Source: an uncultured Solirubrobacterales bacterium | GTDB lineage: Bacteria > Actinomycetota > Thermoleophilia > Solirubrobacterales > Solirubrobacteraceae | Reading direction: 5' to 3' | Length of the DNA: 64,000 bases | Assembly: GCA_963844125.1 (NCBI GenBank) | Contig: CAWJNB010000002.1 | Coordinates: 174,375-238,374, forward strand | In this document: in pieces, positions 1 through 11,864 of the stretch | Layout of the letters: each line of letters starts with the position of its first letter | Numbering within the stretch: the stretch's first letter is position 1 | Position numbers and translations under genes: made by a program | Notes under the pieces: model-generated | What the model saw: the letters and a program-made list of their open reading frames with translations, nothing else | Database searches by the model: none | Told to the model about the DNA's origin: nothing

Positions 1-316
1 CCAACCAGGCGGCCGTGGCGGCGCTCGTGGCGCGGATTGTCGCGGAGGCGGGCGTGGCGGTGCTGCTGGTCGCCCACGACGTCAACCCGCTGCTGCCCTA
101 CCTGGACCGGGTCGTGTACCTCGCGGGCGGGCATGCGGTGGAGGGGACGGTCGCGGAGGTGATCGACGAGCGAGACGCTGAGCGGGCTGTACGGGGTGCC
201 GGTGGAGGTGCTGCAAGCCTCGGGACGGGCGGCTGGTCGTCGTCGGTCAGCCCGAGCCGCCGGCTCACCACCACGACCGCCACGAGCATGCGCACGAGCA
301 CGACCATGCCCACTGA
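1..316 (+). CDS. Metal (Zn/Mn) ABC transporter ATP-binding protein, 3' part (runs off window, frameshifted)
   Basis: H-loop region VLLVAHDVNPLLPYLDRVVYL; continues via PVEVLQASG and RLVVVGQPEP to a His-rich tail HHHDRHEHAHEHDHAH and TGA at 314-316. Confidence 0.8.
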
Positions 317-348
317 ACCCGACCACTATCTCGCCCTACGCCCGCCCG

Positions 349-1293
349 ATGACGAATCCGACTCTCACCTGGAACGTGGTTCGCGACGCGAGCGAGGTGC
401 TCGAATACCACTTCATGGTCAACGCCCTGCTGGCGGGCACGATCGTCGCGGTGATGGCGGGGCTGCTGGGCTGGTTCATGGTGCTGCGCGGCGCAGACCT
501 TCGCGGGGCACACGCTGGCGATGATGGCGTTCCCCGGCGCGAGCGGGGGCGGCGCTGATCGGGGTGCGCGGCGGCGTGGGGCTACTTCGTCGTTCTGCGG
601 CGCTGGGGCGCTGGCGATCGGCTGGCTCGTCGCGGTGGGCGGACGCGCTCGTGGAGCGAGCAGTCGGCGGGATCGGCGCGGTGCAGGCGCTGGCGCTGGC
701 GCTGGGGTTCCTGTTCGTGAGCCTGTACGGAGGCGTGCTGGGGGATCTGGAGAACCTGCTGTTCGGCACGTTCCTGGGGGTCTCCGACGGGCAGGTGCTG
801 ACGCTCGCGATGCCTTGCCGCGGGCTCGCTGATCGCGCTGGCGGCGCTGGGGCGGCCGCTGCTGTTCGCGAGCGTCGACCCGGATCTCGCGGGCGCCCGG
901 GGCGTGCCTGTGCGCGGGCTGTCGATCGCGTTCCTCGGGCTGCTGGGGCTGGCGGTCGCGGCGACGAGCCAGGTTACGGGCGTGCTGCTCGTGTTCGCGC
1001 TGCTCGTGGCGCCGGCGGCGACGGCGCAGGTGCTGACCGCGCGCCCGGGGCTGAGCCTCGCGCTGACGGTGGCGATCGGGCTCGCGATCGTGTGGGTCGG
1101 GCTGGGGATCGCCTACTTCTCGGCGTACCCGGCGGGGTTCTACGTGGCGAGCATCGCGTTCGCGCTGTACATGCTCGCGCGCGCTTGGGCCTGGGCGCGC
1201 GGCACACACCGATCGCAGCGGCACGCGGCGCCTGGCCTCGAGCGTCCGGAGGTGGGCGTAGACGTGGCGCCGAGCGAGGGTGTGATCGCATGA
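349..1293 (+). CDS. Metal ABC transporter permease (ZnuB/ABC-3 type), frameshifted
   Basis: Fragments FMVNALLAGTIVAVMAGLLGWFMVLR, LENLLFGTFLGVS, VTGVLLVFALLVAPAATA across several frames. Confidence 0.85.
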
Positions 1294-1360
1294 TGGACGG
1301 AGCTCGTCGGGTCGAGCAGGGTCCGACCGCTGCACACGACCGCGGGATGGGTGGGTAGGC

Positions 1361-2314
1361 GTGTTCGGTCAGGAGTTCATGCGCAACGCGCTGCTGGCGG
1401 GCACGTTCGTGGCGCTGGCCTGTGGGGTGAGCGGCTGGTTCGTGGTGCTGCGCGCGCAGGTGTTCGCCGGGGACGCGCTCAGCCATGTCGCGTTCCCCGG
1501 CGCGCTGGCGGCCGCGGCGGCGGGGATCGACGAGCGCGTCGGGCTGTTCGCGGCGACCGTGCTCGTCGGATCGGGCATCGGCTTGCTTGGGGGCGGGGGT
1601 GCGGGTCGCGCCCCCGCGGGCGGCGGGGGCTCGGCCGCGCAGGACACGGCGATCGGGATCGTGTTCACGTTCGTGCTCGGGCTGGGCGTGTTCTTCCTGA
1701 CCCTGTTCGGCATGAGCGCCGGCGGCGGCGCGGGCATCCAGGCGGCGCACACGTTGTTCGGATCGATCTACGGTCTCGGTGGCGGCGAAGCGCGCGTGAC
1801 GGCGGCGGTCGCGCTCGGTGCGACGGTGGGCGTGCTGGCGATCGCCCGGCCGCTGCTGTTCGTCTCGCTCGCCGCGGACGTCGCGGCCGCCCGGGGCGTA
1901 CCGGCGCGAGCGCTGAGCGTGGGGTTCCTCGCGCTGCTGGGTGTGGTCGCGGCGGGGGCGACGCAGGCCGTGGGCGCGCTGCTGCTGCTGGGGCTGCTGA
2001 CGGGGCCGGCGGCGGCCGCGCACCGGCTGACGGGCAGGCCGTATGTGGGTATTGCGCTCGCGGGCGCGCTGGGAGTCGGGGCTATGTGGGGCGGGCTGGC
2101 GCTCAGCTACGCGGTGCCGCGACTGCCGCCGAGCACGGCGATCGTGGCGCTGGCGGTGGGCGTGTACGCGGTGGCGGTGCTGCTGGACTCGTGGACACGC
2201 CGGCGCTCGCGAATCCCCGGGCGGGCCGCCGGTCCCTCGTCGACATCCTTCCCGTCAGGTGCGTCCTCGCAACCCGCGAGCACGGGTGCGGCGAGGTCTA
2301 CCATCGCGACATGA
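1361..2314 (+). CDS. Second metal ABC transporter permease
   Basis: FMRNALLAGTFVALACG...FAGDALSHVAFPG...VGALLLLGLLTGPAAAA; intact ORF. Confidence 0.9.
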   Translation: MFGQEFMRNALLAGTFVALACGVSGWFVVLRAQVFAGDALSHVAFPGALAAAAAGIDERVGLFAATVLVGSGIGLLGGGGAGRAPAGGGGSAAQDTAIGIVFTFVLGLGVFFLTLFGMSAGGGAGIQAAHTLFGSIYGLGGGEARVTAAVALGATVGVLAIARPLLFVSLAADVAAARGVPARALSVGFLALLGVVAAGATQAVGALLLLGLLTGPAAAAHRLTGRPYVGIALAGALGVGAMWGGLALSYAVPRLPPSTAIVALAVGVYAVAVLLDSWTRRRSRIPGRAAGPSSTSFPSGASSQPASTGAARSTIAT

Positions 2315-2787
2315 ACGCGAACGCTTCGACAGAGGGCTGGGCCGAGCGCGCCGAGGCGAAGCTCGCCGCGGCTGGACACAGGCGCGGGGGCGCGAGGCGC
2401 GCGCTGCTGGAGCTGTTGGACGGGCAGGAGTGCGCGCTGACCGCTCAGGAGATCGAGGATGCGCTGCGCGCGCGAGGGAGCGGTCGAGGTCAAGGCGGAC
2501 GCCGGCGCGTCGTCAGCCGGGCGAGCGTATACAGGATTCTCGACGAGCTCGAGCAGCTAAGGCTGGTGCAGCGCGTGGAGACCGGCCAGGCGATGGTGCG
2601 CTACGAGCGTGTGTGCGAGCACGACGAGCATCACCACCACCTGGTGTGCGACGAGTGCGGGGTCGTGATGCCGTTCTCCGACCCGGGGTTGGAGCGCGCG
2701 ATCGAGACGCTCAGCGAGCGGGTTCCGCTGGCTGTGTCCGAGCACGAGATCGTCTTGCACGGGTCCTGCCGGGACTGCGCTGCCTGA
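2311..2787 (+). CDS. zur: Fur family regulator, probably Zur
   Basis: LTAQEI, VSRASVYRIL, HHHHLVCDECG and CRDC motifs; ATGA overlap with the permease. Confidence 0.85.
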   Translation: MNANASTEGWAERAEAKLAAAGHRRGGARRALLELLDGQECALTAQEIEDALRARGSGRGQGGRRRVVSRASVYRILDELEQLRLVQRVETGQAMVRYERVCEHDEHHHHLVCDECGVVMPFSDPGLERAIETLSERVPLAVSEHEIVLHGSCRDCAA

Positions 2788-2805
2788 GCTCGCGAGCCTG
2801 CCGCG

Positions 2806-3538
2806 TCATGGAGTCGTCCTGCCCCGGCGCGCGGCGATGAGCGCGGCCAGCCCGGCGATCAGTCCCAGGGCGCCAAGGATCAGCGCGGCGATGCCAAGGC
2901 CCTTGCTGGCGCCCGCGGTCGTGGCGACGGTCTGGGTGGGCGCCTGTGTGGACTGACCCGTGCCGCCGGTCTGTCCGGCGCTCGGCCCGGCCTCGTCGCC
3001 GGCGACGTCCTCGATCACGCCGCCCTTGGCGGTGACGTTGATTCGCGGCGCGGGGTGTTCGGCGCTCAGCGAGGGGTCGATCCAGTGCACGACCTGTCCG
3101 TTGCTGTAGGTCTGGACGGTCCTGAATTCGAGCGCGCTGTCCCGTTGCATTGGCGGGGATCGCCAGCGAAAGCGGGAAGTCGATGAACTGGCCGTTGTTC
3201 ACCTTGCCGAGCGGCCCGGTCCAGGTCCAGACGATCTGGGAGACCTCGGTGTCGATCGTTTCACCGTCTTCTGTGATCGGCGTGGTGAGCTTGGCTTCGA
3301 TGACGTGCGCCGTCCAGCCGGTCACGTTTTCATAGTCGACGCCCGTGAATCCGGGTGGGAACAGCGTGTCGACCTTCGTGACGTATGCGCCTTCCTGCTC
3401 GCCGGGGACGCGCACGTCCAGCGTCGCGAACGCCCCGGCGGGGATCGTGTTGGGGTGCAGGCTGATATGTGCCTGCGCGGTCGCGGGCGCGATCAGCGCG
3501 CCGGCGGCGAGGAGTGGTGCGAGCTTGCTGGCTTTCAT
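2806..3538 (-). CDS. YcnI/DUF1775 family copper-binding membrane protein, frameshifted
   Basis: Signal peptide then AHISLHP...LDVRVPGE, LEFRTVQTYSNGQVVHWI, HPAP, C-terminal TM helix. Confidence 0.85.
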
Positions 3539-3570
3539 AGCGGTGAGGTTCTCCTGTCTGGGGGTTGCGT

Positions 3571-5494
3571 TCACTGGATGGGGACCTGGACGGTGCGGGT
3601 GTGCTCTTCGAATTCGGAGACGCGGTCGGTGAACTGGATCTCCCAGTCACCGCCGGGGCTGAGCTCGGCGGAGCTGAGGATGTAGTGGCCCGGGCCGGCG
3701 ACCGTCACTCGCAGCGGCAGCGGGCCGATGCGCTTGGACGGGCAGTTCGGCGGTGGCGGTGAATTCCTTGGTGGCGGTGAACTGGGCGCCGGTCGTGGCG
3801 TCGATCAGATACAGGTGGATCGTGTTCAGCCCGACCCGCGCCGGTTCGACCGTCATCTCGAGCTCGGCCGCTCCGAGCGTGGTGTTCGTGGAGAACGGGC
3901 CGGAGGCGGCGTCGATCGGCGGCGCGTAGCTGATCAGCGCCGCGGTGACTCCGAACACGCAGAGCAGCAGCGCGAGCTCGCCGCGCAGCGTGCGGCGCGC
4001 CAGAGCGCCGGTCTGCCCGGGCGGGCGCTCGGAGGCGACGATCCGTTTGAAGGCCGGGAGCACCCGCTCGCGGTTGACCCAGCCGAGGCCGATCAGCGCC
4101 AGCAGCAGGACGGTCTTGGCGATGATCAGGGCGCCGTAGGTGGTGTGAAAGAGCCCGTTCAGACGTGCGCACATCGATATAGGCCTGCACGACCCCGGTC
4201 ACCGCGATCACGATCACCGCGCCGAGCGCGAGCGGGGAGAACCGCGCGAGCGTCGCGAGCAGCAGCCGGCTGCGCTCGGGACGGTCGAGCTCGCGGGTCG
4301 CGGCTCCCAGCGCGAGCAGCAGGCAGGCGATCCCGCCGACCCAGACGCTCGCGGCGAGCACGTGCAGGATGTCGGAGGGGAGGAAGACGGCGGTGGGGCT
4401 CTGGATGCTCGCGTGGCCGCTGAGCGCGGGCGTGATCGCCAGGTAGGCCGCGCCGACGCCGATCAGCGCCGAGCAGCCAGCGCGGCGGCAGCGGAGCGAG
4501 CGCGGAGGCGTCCGCCTGGATGGTGGCCGTGGCCTCAGCCTCGGTCGGGCCCGTGGATGCGGTCGGACCCGGGCTGGAATTCGTCCGTGCACGAGCAGCG
4601 AACGCCGTGGCGGCCATCAGCAGGACGCCCAGCACGAGCCAGTCGAGTGCTCGCAGGCCCCACACCTTCCCGAACCGGCTTTCCAGCGTGCTTTGCAGGA
4701 CCGTGTGTTTCAGCGAGGCCCACAGCGACACCCCGGCGGCGCTCGCGCCCTGCAGGAGGATGCCGAGCACGCTCACGAGCACGCCCAGGACGACCGCGAC
4801 GATCAGCAGCAATCGCATGCGCCCGGCGAACATCCGCGCGGCGCTCCGCCACTCGGGCTCGCCGCCGGCGACCGCGGCGAACCCGGGCCGCCAGGCGATC
4901 AGCACGAACGCGAGACCGCCGAGCAGCAGCGCGATCGTCAGGTAGTCGAGGCCGCGTACGATGCCGAAGGCGAGGGTCGGTGATCTCGCCGCTGCTGGTT
5001 GCGGCCGATCAAACCGGCGACGGTGAACTTCGGCGGCGGCTCCGGCGATGGCCGACGTTGAACACCAGGCCGCCGTAGACGATGTGCGTGTCGGCCGAGA
5101 TCACCCGATAGGTCGCGGTGTAGGTGCCGTCCGGCAGGTCGGGCTTCAACCCGACGCCCATCCAGTGCTCGTCGCCGTCTGGATGTGAGACGTCGAGGTT
5201 GTCGACCTCGGTCCCCTGCGCGTCATAGACGCGCACCGCGCCGAGGGTTCCGCCGACCGACTGGTTGTACTTGAAGATCACCTCCGCCGGCTGAGTCGCC
5301 ACCGTGGAGCCGGATGCCGGGGAGGTCCCGAGCAGCTGCGCGTGGGCGAGCGCGGCCGGAGCGCTGCAGAGCGCGCCCGCGAGGACGAACGCAAGGGCGA
5401 ACGCGAGCGCCGGCGCCGCTCCGGCATGGCGCCGGGGTCGCAAGCTTGGGTGCATGATCTCGCGGTTGCGAGCGGTGGTGGGGCGACCGAACAT
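3571..5494 (-). CDS. CopC-CopD fusion copper resistance/uptake protein with C-terminal soluble domain, frameshifted
   Basis: AHAQLLGTSPASG...GTYTATYRVISADTH (CopC); LSGHA, DILHVLAASVWVGG, TTYGALIIAK (CopD); PARVGLNTIHLYL tail. Confidence 0.88.
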
Positions 5495-5616
5495 GAAGGC
5501 TCCTCGCTGAATGCGTGTGCGGGTACGTCGAGAGTCGTCGCGTCGGGCTCAGCCGGATCGCAGCGGATCTCGTCTACGGGGCGAGCAGCCACAGCCCGTC
5601 GCCGGGCGAGGAGTGT

Positions 5617-5859
5617 CTAGCTCGCCGGGGCGAGCACGGGCGGCGGGCGCACCGCGAGCGAACGACCGATCAGCAGGCCGCCCTGGACTGCCGCCAGGAT
5701 GACGCTGTGGCACTTGCTCGCCGAGGGGTGACGGCGCACCCGGCGAGCACGAGGCTCGCCGCGCAGTGCGATCAGGACACGCTCACCCGGATAGCGCCGT
5801 GCCAGCAGCGTCAGCGCGAGCGCCAGAGTCGGCAGCAGACACAGGATCGCGTGCAGCAC
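5617..5859 (-). CDS. Small hydrophobic ORF ending in RPPP; candidate leader peptide of the copper operon
   Basis: 80 aa, N-terminal hydrophobic stretch, C-terminal LAVRPPP, TAGAGT -10-like hexamer just upstream, same strand as copCD. Confidence 0.6.
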   Translation of the reverse strand: MLHAILCLLPTLALALTLLARRYPGERVLIALRGEPRARRVRRHPSASKCHSVILAAVQGGLLIGRSLAVRPPPVLAPAS

Positions 5860-5892
5860 GAGGCGATGGACTCTACTCCAACGCTCGCGGTC

Positions 5893-8040
5893 TCAAGCCG
5901 TCGAGATGGCCTCGAGGTCGTCATCGAGCCGATCCCCGGGATAGGCGCGTAGCGTCTCCTCGCTGCATCTCGGGCGGCCCCACAGGTAGGCGAGCACGCA
6001 GATCAGGGCGAAGACCGCCACCACGAGCAGGACCGGTCCGGAGTCCTCGACGAGCGCGCCGACGACACCGGCGGCCAGACCGCCGGCGAGCGCGGCCTGC
6101 CAGGCGGGATCGCCGGCGACGGGGGTCAGCAGGCGCTCGTGCCGGCGCAGGCCCAGCGCGGCGCAGACCAGCGCGAGCGCGGTTGCGATGGGCATCGCCT
6201 GGTTGTGCAGCTCGCCGAAGGCGGCGGTGTAGCGGCGGACGATCACGTCGCGCAGGTCGCCGGGCGAGCGGGCGTGCAGGATGCTGCCGGTGTAGTGCCC
6301 GGAGCCGTGGGCGGTGGCGAGGTCGAGCGCGGCGAGCGCCACGAGCGCGAGGATGGGAGCGATCAGCACGATCAGGGCGCGCCTGCGTGTGATCGCGCCG
6401 GGCAGCAGCATGACCGTGGCGACGGCGGCGCCGGCGCTGACCAGGATCACCCCGCCGACGCCCGCGCCGATCCGCGCCGAGCCCTCGACGGCCGCGAGCA
6501 GGACGCCCGCGCCGGCCATCGACAGCGCCGCGCGGCGACCGCCGGCCGATCCTCGATCGGTCACGGGGTACAGCGCGGCGGCGACCGCCGCGAGCACGAG
6601 CACGGCGAGGCCGGACTTGAGCTCGTTGCCGATGCCGTAGAAGCGCGCGCCGAGGATCGGGTCGGGGCCGAGCAGCGAGCGCATCAACAGCTGGGTGCCG
6701 GCGAGCGCGTCGATGGCAAGCGCGATCACGGCCACCACCGCGGGGGCGAGCGGCGCGCGGGGCCACGGCAGCAGCAGGTCGGTGAGCGCGCCCAGCGTCA
6801 GGCAGGCGAGCGCGATCGTCGGGTACTCGACCGTCGCGCTCGGGCTCGAGCGCCGCGGGAATCAGCACCGCGACGGGCGCCCACAGCACGCCGAGCGCGC
6901 CCGCGCGCATCGCCCATGCCCGCGCGCGCGGCGAGGGCGCGCGAGGCGAGCAGCAGCAGCGCCCACGCGCTCAGCAGCCAGCCCAGCGCACGCAGACGCC
7001 GTCGGACCGATCACGTGCAGGCGGGCCATCAGGGCGCGCAGGCTCGCGGAGTGCAGCGGACCGTCGGTGTGGATCGGATCGCCGCGCATGTCGGCGGGGA
7101 GCGGCTGAGTCGGGTCGAGGCGATGCGAGGATCGTCGGGGCGAGATCGACCGCGGCGATCAGGCCGCGCTGGTTGGTCGTCGCCGAGGTCAGTGTCATCG
7201 GCGTCGACGGGCCGGTCTGCTGGGTGTGTCCGCCGGGCGAGAGTCCGGCGGCGGCGGCCCACAGCAGTTCGTGTCCCCGCGGCGCGCGCGCGCGCTGCAC
7301 GACGAGCAGCAGCTCGCCCGGGGCACGCGATCGCATTCAGCGCGCGCAGATCGCTCGACGCCGGTCCGACCGGCCGGCAGGTCGGCTACGACCAGGCGAT
7401 GCCTCCGGCGTAGTGCCGCGATGCGAGCGAGCAGCGTGGGGGCCGACTCCGAGCGAGACGGCGGCCACGCGCCCGCCGCGATCGGCGGCCGCGATCGAGT
7501 CGAGGTGTGTCGGTCCCGATCGCTCCCGCGTAGGCGGCGCCTCCGGGGATCTGTGCCGCGAGCAGGCCGGGACGCAGCAGCTGGGGAGCTGCTTCGGCGC
7601 GTCGTGCGCGCCGCCTGCCAGCCTGCGATCGTCCCGGCGGTTCGGTACCGATTTATTGGCGACAGCGACATGACCGGTGGCGGTCTGGGCGAGTAGGCCG
7701 AGTTCGCGATGCGCGCGCCCTGCGTGATGTCGAGCAGCAGCTGCTCGGCCGAGTAGGAGCCCTGTGTGGCGGACATGATTCCGACAGACATGCCCGGGAT
7801 GCTCGCGAGGGTGGTCTCGCCGGTGGGGATGAAAACCAGCACGACCGAGCTTCGTCGGGGCCGCAGGGTTCTTGCGGGCACGACGCGGGTCGCTGCGGCC
7901 GGCGCCGATGCGGCGCGCGGTGGCGCGGCGCCCGCGAAACCCATCGCCGCGGCACTGGACGTGAGCACACACGCGAGCGCTATGGCGATGGCGCCGACGA
8001 GCGGGAGGGCGAGGATCCCCGCCGCTCCCCGCCAGACCAG
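5893..8040 (-). CDS. Multi-pass membrane protein of unknown function, frameshifted (start approximate)
   Basis: Fragments 7195-7968, 6862-7089 and 5893-6738; LLGPDPILGARFYGIGNE, GAGVGG, EDSGP motifs; many TM segments. Confidence 0.65.
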
Positions 8041-8041
8041 C

Positions 8042-10448
8042 TCAGCCTTCAGCTCCCTCGGTGGCCACGCCTGCGCGCGGGTGTGGAGCCGGACCGGGAA
8101 GCGTCGGCGGGCCGCTGGGCGAGCGTCCGTCCGCGACGTCAGACGGCAGCACGGTCCCCTCGATGTTCAGCCGCGGCAGGATTCGGTCGAGCCATGCCGG
8201 GATCTGCCACGTGCGCTCGCCGACGAGGTGCAGCACCGCCGGCAGCAGCAGGCAGCGCACGACGAGCGCGTCGAGGAACACGGCGCTGGCGAGGCTCAGG
8301 CCGAACTCCTTGATCACGCGATCTTCGCCGAGCATGAACGACAGGAACACGCACACCATGATCGCGGCGGCCGCGGTCACCACGCGCCCTGTCAGCGCGA
8401 GGCCCTCGGCGACCGAGCGCGAGTGTTCGCGGGTGTGCGTCCAGCGCTCGTGCATGCGCGAGATCAGGAACACCTCGTAGTCCATCGACAGCCCGAACAC
8501 GATCGCGAACAGCATCACCGGGATGAACGACTCGATCGGGCCCTGCTGGACGCCGAACACGCTGCCGAACCAGCCCCACTGGAAGATCATGACGATCACC
8601 CCGAGCGCGGCGCTGATGCTGAGCAGGTTCATGATGGCCGCCTGCAGCGGGATTACGAGCGAGCGGAACACGATCATCAGCAGCAGCGCGCTCGAGCAGC
8701 ACGACGACGCCGATGAACAGCGGCAGCTTGTGGCCGAGCACGTCGGCGAAGTCGACCGCGCCCGCGGTCACGCCGCCGACGTATACGGTCATGCCGGTAT
8801 GCGCCTGCGACCGGCGGGACCACGTGTCGCGCAGGCGATGACCAGCTGAGTCGTCGCGTACGCCTGCGGGGAGGAGTGCGGGTAGACGGTGATCGTCGCC
8901 ACTTCGCCCGACGGGTTCAGCTTGGCCGGGGCGACCGAGCGACACGCCGGGTGTCGCGGCGATCGCCGTGCGCAGCTTTTCGACCGACGGCGCTGCCGCC
9001 ACCCGGGGGCGAGGCTACGGCCACGCCCTGCTTGGCGGCTTCGCCGGCCGAGCTCCGGCACCTTCGCGACGACCAGCAGCGGGCCGTTGAAGCCTTCGCC
9101 GAAGCCCTGCGCCAGCAGCTCATAGGCGCGGTGGGTGGTCTGGTTCGCGGGATCGTTGGAGGCGTCGCTCGATCCGAGTCGCAGCGCGATCGCCGGAGCG
9201 GCGATCAGGAGCATCACCAGCGTGGCCGAGATCGCGATCGTCCAGGGCCGGCGCTGCACGAACGCGCTCCAGCGCAGCCACGTGTGGCCGGCCTGAAGCG
9301 TGCTCGCCCGTGGCGGGCGTCTGCGCACCGGCCTCGCCGGCGGCTGGGGAGCCGGTCGGCACCCGGCGCGCTCACTTGCGCCGGCCGGTCGGCTTCGCGC
9401 GGCTTCACGCGCGCGCGCGCGGCGGCTGGGTCTCGCGACGCGTGCGCCCGGCAATCGTCAGCAGCGCCGGGAGCAGCGTCAGCGACGCGAGCATCACGAG
9501 CAGCACCGCGATCGAAGCGGCGATCGCGACCCCGTAGAGGAAGTCGACGCCCAGCAGCATCATCCCGAGCAGCGCGATCACGACGGTCGTGCCCGCGAAC
9601 AGGACGGCGCGCCCGGCGGTGTCCATCGCCTGCACGACCGACTCGCGCGCGTCGCCGAACGTCGGCCCGGGGGTGCGGTAGGCCTCGCGGAAGCGCGTGA
9701 GGATGAACAGCGCGTAGTCGATGCCGACGCCCAGCCCGATCATCGCGGCCAGCTCGGAGGAGAAGTTGGGGGTGTCCACGACATGGGTGAACAGCGCGAT
9801 CGCGCCGAGGCCGGTGCCCAGTCCGAACAGGGCGGTGACGATCGGCAGGCCCATCGCGGTCAGCGAGCCGAACGTCAGCAGCAGCACGACGATCGCCGCC
9901 AGCAGCCCGACCGCGGTGGACAGGCCGAAGCCGGCCTGCTCGGTCGCCTCGATCGCCTGCCCGCCGAGCTCGACCTGCAGCCCCGGCCGTTCTGGCCGCG
10001 CGGGCGGTGTCTGACGACGCGTTCGGCGGCGCTTTTGGGCAGCAGGTTCGCTTTTTCGTCGAACACGACCGTCGCGAACGCGATCTTGCCGTCGGCGGAG
10101 ATCGCCTTGCCGGCGGATGCGCCCGAGTAGGGGCTGATCACGGCCGCGACGTGCGGCGAGCTTCGCGACCTGCGCGAACGTGGCGCTCATCCGCGCGCGT
10201 ACCGCCGGGTCGAGGACCGTGCCGGAGGAGACCTTGTAGACGATCGTGTCGCGGTCGCCGGCCTGCGCCGGGAAGCTGTGCTGCAGCAGGTCGGCGGCGC
10301 GCTGGGCGTCGGAGTTGGGCAGCGTGAAGTTGTTCGAGTAGCTCGTGCCGGCCGACTGTGCGAAGACGTTCACGACGAGCAGCAGCGCGATCCAGCCGAT
10401 GACTACGTACTTGCGATGGGTTGTCGACCAGCGAGCGAGCTTCAGCAT
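8042..10448 (-). CDS. MMPL family transporter, frameshifted
   Basis: MIGLGVGIDYALFILTRFRE, TAGRAVLFAG, FGLSMDYEVFLISR, TGRVVTAAAAIM. Confidence 0.92.
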
Positions 10449-10542
10449 GGCGGTCCTCCGGGGGAGGTCGGCGGGGCCGGCGTCGGGGGAGCCTGCTGAG
10501 AGCTCCGAAGGGTAGCCATCTCCCCCGGTCCGGCGCGAGCCC

Positions 10543-11092
10543 TCAGTTCACGCTGGGATCCGCGGGCATGCGCGCGAGCAGGGCATAGCCGCCGCCCATG
10601 CGCTTCAGAACGGCGCTCCACAGGTCTTCGGGGCACGTCGGTGAAGACGTCGTCGGGGATCGCGGCATGCGCGATCCAATCGCCATCGGCGACCTCCTCG
10701 TCGAGCTGTCCTTCGCTCCAGCCGGCATATCCCGCGAACACGCGCCGGCGGGCGGTCGCCTCGGTCAGTTCCTCGATACCCGCGTCGGGGGCGGGGAAGC
10801 CGATGCGTCCCAAGACCAGCAGCCCCGCCGGGGAGGGGTCGAGGAACTCGGCCAGACACACGATCGAGCTGGGCTGGACGGGCCCGCCGACATACACCGG
10901 CTCCTCCTCGGCGACCGCCTGCTCCAGTTGGGGCACCGCCTCGCCGACGGTCACCGTGGACGGGCGGTTCAGCACCACGCCCATCGCGCCCTCCCGGCTG
11001 TGGACTCCGACGAGGATCACGGCGCGCTCGAAGTTGGGATCGTGCAGCGCCGGCGAGGCGAGCAGAAGCTGACCGCGGAGCGATTCGTCCAT
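10543..11092 (-). CDS. YqgE/AlgH family protein, frameshifted near the C-terminus
   Basis: GQLLLASPALHDPNFERAV, GVVLNRP, VYVGGPV, FAGYAGW, MPADPSVN. Confidence 0.92.
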
Positions 11093-11242
11093 GATCTCAT
11101 TGAGGCTAGCGCGCCGTGGACGGCCGTGGGCGCGGTTTTTAATGACCTCGCGACGTCCCTGCGGCTCGCGACGATCGGCTTCGATATCGATATTCTGACT
11201 GTGCCGGACGATCGTCAAACGAACGGGAGGACATAGAGCATC

Positions 11243-11701
11243 ATGGCCAAGACTCCACAGGTAGGCGAGCCGGCGCCCGATTTCGAGCTCCCCGGCACCG
11301 ACGGGCCGTTCAAGCTCTCGGACCATCGCGGCGAGCGGGTGGTGCTGCTGTTCTACCCGGGCGATAACACGATGGTCTGTACGAAACAGTTCTGCTCGTA
11401 CCGTGATCGTGCGGAGGACTTCGCTGCGCTGGATGCGACGGTCGTCGGTATCTCTTCGCAGGATCTCGCCTCGCACGAGGATTTCATCGCCAAGAACGGC
11501 TTGACGGTGCCGTTGCTGGCCGATGTGGACAAGTCCGTTGCCAGGACCTACAGCGCCCACTCGAACCGCCTGGGGACCAAGCGCGCGGCGATCGTGATCG
11601 ACGAGCAGGGCGTCGTGCGCGACCGTCACGATCATCTGCTGGGGCTCGACTATCAGTCTGTCGATGAGCTCAAGGCGGCACTGGACGCGCTCCCGGCCTG
11701 A
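11243..11701 (+). CDS. bcp: Peroxiredoxin (BCP/PrxQ)
   Basis: APDFELP, LLFYPGDNTMVCTKQFC, VVGIS. Confidence 0.92.
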   Translation: MAKTPQVGEPAPDFELPGTDGPFKLSDHRGERVVLLFYPGDNTMVCTKQFCSYRDRAEDFAALDATVVGISSQDLASHEDFIAKNGLTVPLLADVDKSVARTYSAHSNRLGTKRAAIVIDEQGVVRDRHDHLLGLDYQSVDELKAALDALPA

Positions 11702-11864
11702 CGGGTCATCGAGGGGCGATCACAGGTCTGCCACCCGCCCGTGAGTATGCCCCCGGGATCACCTCACCGTTGCTGGGGCTTGCAGTCGGCTCCAAATCCC
11801 GAAGCTCAAACGGCATCCCGCCACATCGTGCTGATGACCGGTCCACCCTCGGGATTGAACTCCG

